Positions 56,005-64,000 of a stretch of DNA of 64,000 nucleotides are shown piece after piece. This DNA is from the human T2T-CHM13v2.0 reference genome, Homo sapiens. The notes under the pieces were generated by a model that was not told the DNA's origin, made no database searches, and was given only the letters and a program-made list of their open reading frames with translations. The stretch lies in NCBI RefSeq assembly GCF_009914755.1, contig NC_060933.1, one strand, 5' to 3'. Each line of letters starts with the position of its first letter. The stretch's first letter is position 1. The position numbers were made by a program, and so were the translations under genes.

Positions 56005-56890
56005 AATCAATCATTCCGAGTAGAATGGAATGGAATGTAATGGAGTGGAAAGAAGGGAATGGAATCAACCCGATTGGAATGCAAGGCAATGGAATGGAAT
56101 GGAAAGGAATGGAATGCAATCAACTCGATTGCAATGGAATGGAATGGAATGGAATGGAATGGAATGGAATTAACCGGAATAGAATGGAATGCAATGGAAT
56201 GGAACGGAATGGAATGGAATGGAAGGTAATGGAATCATCACGAGTGCAGGGGAATGGAATGGAATGGAATGCAATGGAATGGAATCATCCGGAATGGAAT
56301 GGAATGGAATGGAATCAACTCCATTGTAATGGAATGGAATGGAATGGAATGGAATAGAATGGAATGGAATTAACCCGAATAGAATGGAATGCAATAGAAT
56401 GGAATGGAACGGAACCGAATGGAGTGGAATGGAATGGAATGGAATCAACATGAGTGCAGGCGAATGGAATGGAATGGAATGCAATGGAATGGAATCATCC
56501 GGAATGGAATGGAATGGAATGGAATGGAATCAAACCGAGTGCAATGGAATGGTGTGAAATGGAATGGAATGGAATGGAAACAACCTGAATGGATTGGAAT
56601 ATAATGGAGTGTAAGGGAATTGAATAGAATCAATCTGAATGTAATGAAATGGAATGGAACGGAATGGAATGGAATGGAATGGAATCGAATGGAATGGATT
56701 GGAATGGAATCAACCCGAGTGAAATGGAATGGATTCGAATGGAAAGGAATGGAGTGGAATGGATTCAACTTAAATGGAATGGAAAGAATGGAATTAACAC
56801 GAGTGGAATGGCATGGAATGGAATGGAAAGGAATGGCGTGGAATGGAATGGAATGGTTCGGAATAGAATGGATTGGAACAAAATGGAAAG
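56005..56890 (-). repeat. Divergent HSat3 island, inverted copy of ~38170-39075
   Basis: AATCAATCATTCCGAG, GGAAAGAAGGG, GCAAGGCAATGG, GGAAGGTAATGG, GGAACCGAATGG and GGTTCGGAATAG are reverse complements of the motifs in 38170-39075 and occur in mirrored order. Confidence 0.8.
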
Positions 56891-57057
56891 GAATGGAATG
56901 GAATGGAATGGAATCAACGCGATTGAAGTGGAATGTAATGGAACGGAATGCAATGGAATGGAATCATCCGGAGTGGAATGGAATGGAATGGAATGAAATG
57001 GAATCAACCCGAGTGCAATGGAATGGAGTGGAATGGAATGGAATGGAATGGAACAAC

Positions 57058-57157
57058 CCGAATGGAATGGAATGTAATGGAGAGTAAGGGAGTTGAATAG
57101 AATCAATCCGAATGGAATGGAATGTAATTGAGAGTAAGGGAGTTGAATAGAATCAAT
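57058..57157. repeat. 50-bp tandem duplication
   Basis: CCGAATGGAATGGAATGTAAT(G/T)GAGAGTAAGGGAGTTGAATAGAATCAAT occurs twice in tandem. Confidence 0.9.
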
Positions 57158-57423
57158 CCGAATGTAATGGAATGGATAGGAACGGAATAGAATTGAATGG
57201 AATGGAATGGAATGCAATGGAATGGAATCAACCCGAGTACAATGGAATGGAATGGAATGGAATGGAATGGAATGGAATGGAAAGGAACGGAATGGAACGG
57301 AACGGAATGGAATGGAATGGAATGGAATGGAATGGAACGGAAAGGAATGGAATGGAATGGAATGGAATGGAATGGAATCAACGCGAGTGCAGGGCAATGG
57401 AATGGAATGGAATGCAATGGAAT

Positions 57424-57438
57424 GGAATCTTCCGGAAT
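57424..57438. promoter_or_regulatory. HSE consensus match, first copy on the right arm
   Basis: GGAAT CTTCC GGAAT, also present at 58553, 61442, 62315 and 62555. Confidence 0.55.
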
Positions 57439-60400
57439 GGAATGGAATGGAATGGAATGGAATGGAATGGAATGGAATCAACCCGAGTGCAATGGAAAGG
57501 AGTGGAATGGAATGGAATGGAACAACCCGAATGGAATGGAATGTAATGGAGAGTAAGGGAGTTGAATAGAATCAATCCGAATGTAAAGGAATGGAATGGA
57601 ACGGAATGGAATGGAATGGAATGGAATGGAATGCAATGGAATGGAATGGAATGAAATGGAATCAATCCGAGTGCAATGGAATAGAGAGGAATGGAATGGA
57701 AAGGAATGGAAACTACCCGAATGGAATGGAATGTAATGGAGTGTAAGGGAATTGAATAGAATCAATCCGAATGGAATGGAATGGAATGGAACGGAATGTA
57801 ATGTAATGTAATGGAATGGAATCAACCCGAGTGCAGGGGAAACGAATGGAATGGAATGCAATGGAATGGAATGGAATGGAATGGAATGGAATCAACTCGA
57901 TTGCAATCGAATGGAATGGAATGGAATTAACCCGAATAGAATGGAATGGAATGGAATGGAACGGAACGGAATGGAATGGAATGGAATGGAATGGAATGGA
58001 ATGGAATGGAACGGAAAGGAATGGAATGGAATGCAATGGAAAGGAATGGAATGGAATGTAATGGAATGGAATGGAATGGAATCAACGCGAGTGCAGGGGA
58101 ATGGAATGGAATCGAATTTAATGGAATGGAATGGAATGGAATCAACCCGACTGTAGGGGAATGTAATGGAACTGAATGCAATGGAATGGAATCATCCGGA
58201 ATGGAATGGAATGGAATGGAATGGAATGGAATGGAATCAACCCAAGTACAGGGGAATGGAATGGAATGCAATGCAATGGAATGGAATCATCCGTAATGGA
58301 ATGGAAATGAATGGAATGGAAAGGAATGGAATGGAATGGAATGGAATGGAATCAACTCGATTGCAATCGAATGGAATGGAATGGAATTAACCCGAATAGA
58401 ATGGAATGGAATGGAATGGAACGGAACGGAACGGAATGGAATGGAATGGAATGGAATGGAATGGAATGGAATGGAACCGAACGGAACGGAATGGAATGGA
58501 ATGGAATCAACCCGAGTGCAGGGGAATGGAATGGAATGGAATGCAATGGAATGGAATCTTCCGGAATGGAATGGAATGGAATGGAATGCAATGGATTCAA
58601 CTCGATTGCAATGGTATGGAGTAGAATAGAATTGAATGGAATGGAATGGAATGGAATGGAATGGAATTAACCCGAATAGAATGGAATGGAATGGAACGGA
58701 ATGGAACGGAACGGAACGGAATGGAATGGAATGGAATGGAATGGAATGGAATGGAATGGAATGGTATGGAATGGAATGGAATGGAATGGAGTCAACGCGA
58801 GTGCAGGGGAATGTAATGGAACGGAATGCAATGGAATGGAATCATCCGGAATGGAATGGAATGGAATGGAATGGAATGGAATGGAATGGAATCAACCCGA
58901 GTGCAATGGAATGGAGTGGAATGGAATGGAATGGAATGGAACAACCCGAATGGAATGGAATGTAATGGAGAGTAAGGGAGTTGAATAGAATCAATCCGAA
59001 TGTAATGGAATGGAACGGAATGGAATGGAATGGAATGGAATGGAATGGAATGGAATGGAATGCAAAGGAATGGAATCAACCCGAGTACAATGGAATGGAA
59101 TGGAATGGAATGGAATGGAATGGAATGGAATGGAATGGAATCCACCCGAGTGCAATGGAATGGAGAGGAATGGAATGGAATGGAATGGAAACTACCCGAA
59201 TGGAATGGAATGTAATGGAGTGTAAGGGAATTGAATAGAAACAATCCGAATGGAACGGAATGGAATGGAACGGAATGTAATGTAATGGAATGGAATGGAA
59301 TCAACCCGAGTGCAGGGGAATGGAATGGAATGGAATGCAATGGAATGGAATCATCCGGAATGGAATGTAATGGAATGCAATGGAATGGAATGGAATGGAA
59401 TCAACCCGAGTGCAATGGAATGGAGTGAAATGGAATGGAATGGAATCGAATGGAAACAACCAGAATGGATTGGAATATAATGGAGTGTAAGGGAGTTGAA
59501 TAGAATCAATCTGAATGTAATGAAATGGAATGGAACGGAATGGAATGCAATGGAATGGAATGGAATGGAATGGAATGCAATGGAATGGAATCAACCCGAG
59601 TACAGGGGAATGGAATGGAATGGAATGCAATGGAATGGAATCATCCGTAATGGAATGGAAAGCAATGGAATGGAATGGAATGGAATGGAATGGAATGGAA
59701 TGGAATGGAATGGAATCAACTCGATTGCAATCGAATGGAATGGAATGGAATTAACCCGAATAGAATGGAATGGAATGGAATGGAATGGAACGGAAAGGAA
59801 TGGAATGGAACGGAATGGAATGGAATGGAATGGAACGGAACGGAATGGAATGGAATGGAATTGAATGGAATGGAATGGAATCAACCCAACTGCAGGGGAA
59901 TGGAATGGAATGGAATGCAATGCAATGGAATCATGCGGAACGAAATGCAATGGAATGGAATGGAATCAACACGAGTGCAATGGAATGGATTGGAATGGAA
60001 TGGAATGGAATGGAATGGAACTACCCGAATGGAATGGAATGTAATGGAGAGTAAGGGAGTTGAATAGAATCAATCCGAATGTAATGGAAAGGAATGGAAA
60101 GGAATGGAATGGAATGGAATGGAATGCAATGGAATGGAATCAAACCGAGTACAATGGATTGGAATGGAATGGAATGGAATGGAATGGAATGGAATCAACA
60201 CGAGTGCAATGGAATGGAGTGGAATGGAATGGAATGGAATGGAACAACGCGAATGGAATGGAATGGAATGGAGAGTAAGGGAGTTGAATAGAAACAATCC
60301 GAATGTATTGGAATGGAACGGAATGGAATGGAATGGAATGGAATGGAATGGAATGGAATGGAATGCAATGGAAGGGAATCAACCCGAGTACAATGGAATG

Positions 60401-60720
60401 GAATGGAATGGAATGGAATGGAATGGAATGGAAAGAATGGAATGGAATCAACCCGAGTGCAATGGAATGGAGAGGAATGGAATGGAATGGAATGGAAACT
60501 AAACGAATGGAATGGAATGTAATGGAGTGTAAGGGAATTGAATAGAATCAATCCAAATGGAATGGAATGGAATGGAACGGAAAGTAAAGAATGGAATGGA
60601 ATGGAATCAACGCGAGTGCAGGGGAATGGAATGGAATGGAATGCAAAGGAATGGAATCATCCGGAATGGAATGGAATGGAATGCAATGGAATGGAATGGA
60701 ATGGAATCAACCCGAGTGCA

Positions 60721-60930
60721 ATGGAATGGAGTGAAATGGAATGGAACGGAATGGAAACAACCAGAATGGATTGGAATATAATGGAGTGTAAGTGAATTGA
60801 ATAGAATCAATCTGAATGTAATGAAATGGAATGGAGTGAATTGGAATGGAACGGAATGGAAACAACCAGAATGGATTGGAATATAATGGAGTGTAAGTGA
60901 ATTGAATAGAATCAATCTGAATGTAATGAA
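60721..60930. repeat. 105-bp tandem duplication
   Basis: GGAGTGAA...AACAACCAGAATGGATTGGAATATAATGGAGTGTAAGTGAATTG... begins at 60728 and 60833. Confidence 0.9.
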
Positions 60931-63900
60931 ATGGAATGGAACGGAATGGAATGGAATGGAATGGAATGGAATGGAATGGAATGCAATGGAATGGAATCAA
61001 CCCGAGTGCAATCGAATGGAATCGAATGGAATGGAATGCAATGGAATGGATTCAACTTGAATGGAATGGAAAGAATGGAATCAACACGAGTGGAATGGCA
61101 TGGATTGGAATGGAATGGAATGGAATCAACCCGAGTACAGGGGAATGGAATGGAATGGAATGCAATGGAATGGAATCATCCGTAATGGAATGGAGAGGAA
61201 TGCAGTGGAATGGAATGGAATGGAATGGAATCAACTCGATTGCAATCGAATGGAATGGAATGGAATTAACCCAAATAGAATGGAATGGAATGGAATGGAA
61301 CGGAACGGAATGGAATGGAATGGAATGGAATGCAACGGAACGGAACGGAATGGAATGGAATGGAATGGAATGGAATGGAATGGAATGGAAAGGAATCAAC
61401 GCGAGTGCAGGGGAATGGAATGGAATGGAATGCAATGGAATGGAATCTTCCGGAATGGAATGGAATGGAATGGAATGGAATGGAATGGAATGGAATGGAA
61501 TCAACCCGAGTGCAATGGAATGGAGTGGAATGGAATGTAATGGAATGGAACAACCCGAATGGAATGCAATGTAATGGAGAGTAAGGGAGTTGAATAGAAT
61601 CAATCCGAATGGAATGGAATGGAATGGAACGGAATGGAATTGAATGGAATGGAATGGAATGCAATGGAATGGAATCAACCCGAGTGCAATGGAATGGAGA
61701 GGAATGGAATGGAATGGAATGGAAACTACCCGAATGGAATGGAATGTAATGGAGTGTAAGGGAATTGAATAGAATCAATCCGAATGTAATGGAATCGAAT
61801 GGAACGGAATGGAATGGAATGGAATGGAATGGAATGGAATGGAATGGAATGCAATGGAATGGAATCAACCCGAGTGCAATCGAATGGAATCGAATGGAAT
61901 GGAATACAATGGAATGGATTCAACTTGAATGGAATGGAAAGAATGGAATAAACACGAGTGGAATGGCATGGATTGGAATGGAATGGAATGGAATCAACCC
62001 GAGTACAGGGGAATGGAATGGAATGGAATGCAATGGAATGGAATCATCCGTAATGGAATGGAAAGGAATGGAATGGAATGGAATGGAATGGAATGGAATG
62101 GAATGGAATGGAATCAACTCGATTGCAATCGAATGGAATGGAATGGAATTAACCCGAATAGAATGGAATGGAATGGAATGGAACGGAACGGAATGGAATG
62201 GAATGGAATGGAATGGAATGGAATGGAACGGAACGGAATGGAATGGAATGGAATGGAATGGAATGGAATCAACGCGAGTGCAGGGCAATTGAATGGAATG
62301 GAATGCAATGGAATGGAATCTTCCGGAATGGAATGGAATGGAATAGAATGGAATGGAATCAACTCGATTGCAATCGAATGGAATGGAATGGAATTAACCC
62401 GAATGGAATGGAATGGAATGGAATGGAACGGAACGTAATGGAATGGAATGGAATGGAATGGAATGGAATGGAATGGAACGGAACGGAATGGAATGGAATG
62501 GAATGGAATCAACGCGAGTGCAGGGGAATGGAATGGAATGGAATGCAATGGAATGGAATCTTCCGGAATGGAATGGAATGGAATGGAATGGAATGAAATG
62601 CAATGGGTTCAACTCGATTGCAATGGAATGGAACAGAATGGAATGGAATGGAATGGAATGGAATTAATTCGAATAGAATGGAATGGAATGGAATGGAACG
62701 GAATGGAACGGAATGGAATGTAATGGAATGGAATTGTATGGAATGGAATGGAATGGTACGGAATAGAATGGAATGGAAAGAATTGTAATGGAATGGAATT
62801 GAATGGAATGGAATGGAATGGAATGGAATCAACGCGAGTGCAGGGGAATGTAATGGAACGGAATGCAATGGAATGGAATCATCCGCAATGGAATGGAATG
62901 TAATGGAATGGAATGGAATGGAATGGAATCAACCCGAGTGCAATGGAATGGAGTGGAATGGAATGGAATGGAACAACCCGAATGGAATGGAATGTAGTGG
63001 AGAGTAAGGGAGTAGAATAGAATCAATCCGAAAGTAATGGAATGGAATGCAACTGAATGGAATGGAATGGAATGGAATGGAATGCAATGGAATTGAATCA
63101 ACCCGAGTACAATGGAATGGAATGGAATGGAATGGAATGGAAGGGAATGGAATGGAATGGAATGATACGGAACAGAATGGAATGGAACGAAATGGAATGG
63201 AATGGAATGGAATGGAATGGAATGCAATGGAATGGAATGGAATGGAATGGAATCGTTCCGAGTGGAATAGGAGGGAAAGTATTCGAGTGGAATGGAAAGG
63301 AATGGAATCAACCAGAGTGGAATGGAAGGGAATGGAATGGAATGGATACTAATAGAATGGAATCAACCCGAGAGGAATGGAATGGAAAGGACTGGAATGG
63401 AATGGAATGGAATGGAATTAACTCGATTGTAATGGAATGCAATGGAATGAAATGGAATGGAATGGAATTAACCCGAATACAATGCAATGGAATGGAATGG
63501 AACGGAATGGAGTGGAATGGAATGGAATCAACCCGAGTGCAGGGGAATGGAATGGAATGGAATGCAATGGAATGGAATCATCCGGAATGGAATGGAATGG
63601 AATGGAATGCAAAGCAATGGAATCAACTCGATTGCAATGGAATGGAATGGAATGGAAAGGAATACATTGGAATCAACCCGAGTGGAATGGAATGGAAAGG
63701 ACTGGAATGGAGTGGAATGGAATGGAATGGAATGGAATGGAATGGAATGGAATCAACTCGATTGGAATGGAATGGAATGGAATGGAATGGAATGGAATGG
63801 AATGGAATGGAATTAACCCGAATAGAATGGAATGGAATGGAACGGAACGGAACGGAACAGAATGGAATGGAATGGAATGGAATGGAATGGAATGGAATGG

Positions 63901-64000
63901 AAACAACCCGACTGCAGGGGAATGGAATGGAATGGAATGCAAAGGAATGGATTCAACTTGAATGGAATGGAAAGAATGGAATCAACACGAGTGGAATGGC

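Larger units (their letters stand above)
45313..64000 (-). repeat. Satellite III (HSat3) array, right arm, inverted ((GGAAT)n on + strand)
   Basis: Continuous GGAAT pentamers with CAACCCGAGT and the reverse complements of the left-arm modules (e.g. GTAAGGGAGTTGAATAGAATCAATCCGA, AATCGTTCCGAGTGGAATAGGAGGG). Confidence 0.98.

Noticed and set aside
63-63961. Hundreds of ORFs, up to 407 aa (e.g. 4419..5642, 16601..17629, 41107..42042)
   Set aside because: (GGAAT)n and (CATTC)n contain no stop codon in any frame, and GGAATG supplies ATG. The ORFs overlap in all six frames, are MEWNG/IPFHS repeats and swap strand at the inversion. There is no domain or other coding evidence.
1-64000. CRISPR-like alternation of repeats and spacers
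   Set aside because: The intervening modules are themselves highly repeated pentamer derivatives, lengths are irregular, and no cas genes are present.
1-64000. HSat2 or DYZ1 identity
   Set aside because: There is no dominance of CATTCGATTC/CGATGAT units as in HSat2, and no regular ~3.6-kb unit of strongly diverged pentamers as in DYZ1.
45313-64000. Canonical G-quadruplex or telomeric repeats
   Set aside because: G-runs are mostly GG, with isolated GGG/GGGG too sparse for G3+ quadruplexes, and there are no TTAGGG arrays. The known G-A mismatch fold-backs of (GGAAT)n are generic to Sat III.

Overview
The whole 64 kb is non-coding primate (most likely human) Satellite III / HSat3 DNA. It consists of (CATTC)n pentamers interspersed with the classic Sat3 decamer ACTCGGGTTG/CAACCCGAGT and a small vocabulary of longer modules. 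I see no genes, RNA genes, transposon insertions or CRISPR arrays, and every ORF in the track is a translation artefact of the stop-free pentamer (MEWNG/IPFHS). The main structural feature is one sharp strand switch at 45312/45313 (CATTC on + to the left, GGAAT on + to the right). It lies inside a ~10 kb core of a different, apparently more ancestral HSat3 variant (~43075-53160). The flanking variant carries about 35 perfect three-pentamer heat-shock-element (HSE) matches, and the ~15.7 kb around the inversion has none. The flanks are a patchwork of recent tandem, dispersed and inverted duplications built on a degenerate ~2.9 kb module order. Assignment to an HSat3B-type array such as 9q12 is inference only. 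I found no novel protein-coding system. All coordinates and counts were read by eye, and block boundaries are approximate.
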